64,000 bases of DNA from Octopus sinensis (lineage: Eukaryota): contig NC_043011.1 of NCBI RefSeq assembly GCF_006345805.1, positions 31,694,464 to 31,758,463 of the forward strand, read 5' to 3'. The notes below the pieces were generated by a model, which made no database searches, was not told the DNA's origin, and worked only from the letters and a program-made list of their open reading frames with translations. Position numbers and translations under genes: made by a program. Position 1 is the first letter of the stretch, and each line of letters begins with the position of its first letter. This document shows, in pieces, positions 63,451 through 64,000 of this stretch.

Positions 63451-64000
63451 TCTGGTTCTATATTCAGGTCAGTCACCAGACTTTGATGCTTAGAAGCATG
63501 AAAAGATTTCAATATGAACTTTCGGAAAATTATTCCATGAATCTTCTCGGCTGAAAAGGCCTTTCTGAATGTAAGCGCATCATGGCCCTCCTGAGTGGTG
63601 ACATAGGCTACATAATTCTTCTTCAAATTTTTAGCTAAATTCTGGCAATTTCTGTTAGCTTTATCAGCTACACTGCACGTTTCACCCCAATTCCCAACTT
63701 TTCTGATAACTATAGTTGTCATTAATCTGTTTGTTCATGTCCATGTCTCTTCAGATCTTCATTTATTCCAAATCTACCTTACAAGCTTTTATTGCAATTA
63801 AAAAGATGCATGTATAAACATCACCTTAGATCACTTCAGCACTACTCTAAATTCATTATTGCTCACATCTATACAAAAATTATTACAACGCTTTTCCCAA
63901 AACTGTTTACACCAAATGGTTAGCTTTACCTGTCTTCAGAGTAGTCCCGAACCAAATCTCTAAACAACAAATTAGAAGCGATGCAACTTAAGCAACCAAA

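Noticed and set aside
48-63722. Most 60-115 aa ORFs in the supplied track (YIYIYI, VCVCVC, THTHTH, HHHH-rich)
   Set aside because: They are translations of microsatellites, SINEs or AT-rich intron, mostly from alternative starts, with no recognisable domains. Examples are the poly-His ORF 34710-34964 and ORFs 53748/54592, which overlap real exons in the wrong frame.
59288-64000. C-terminal exon (E-RNLNPKAACLKRREEEK)
   Set aside because: Not found; the region is occupied by piggyBac-like and hAT elements, so the exon is probably beyond 64000

Overview
AT-rich, microsatellite- and SINE-dense animal DNA. The repeat families look like those of an Octopus-type coleoid cephalopod (recognition, not a database result). 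The window lies almost entirely inside one plus-strand gene, the class I bHLH E-protein (daughterless / TCF3-TCF4-TCF12 family). Ten coding exons (14566-59287) chain with consistent splice phases from VYSPS through the AD2 region to the bHLH. The canonical 5' exons and the final C-terminal exon(s) were not found and probably lie outside the window. Best second-look items: (1) a candidate alternative first exon MYYYSRPKLQ at 5464-5493 resembling the vertebrate HEBAlt/TCF4-A 'MYYY' N-terminus; (2) an intron that isolates the DNA-binding basic region on a symmetric 84-nt exon, so skipping would give an Id-like protein; (3) an 844-bp tandem duplication containing that exon (real or an assembly artefact); (4) a 30-nt candidate micro-exon; (5) a 109-bp minisatellite with 8 E-boxes; (6) a perfect 88-bp-arm palindrome centred on (TA)n. 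Introns hold many SINEs, TTAA-flanked piggyBac-like MITEs, hAT and Tc1/mariner MITEs, and fossil DD37D (maT) and hAT transposases. No rRNA, tRNA gene or CRISPR array is supported. Most ORF-track entries are spurious.
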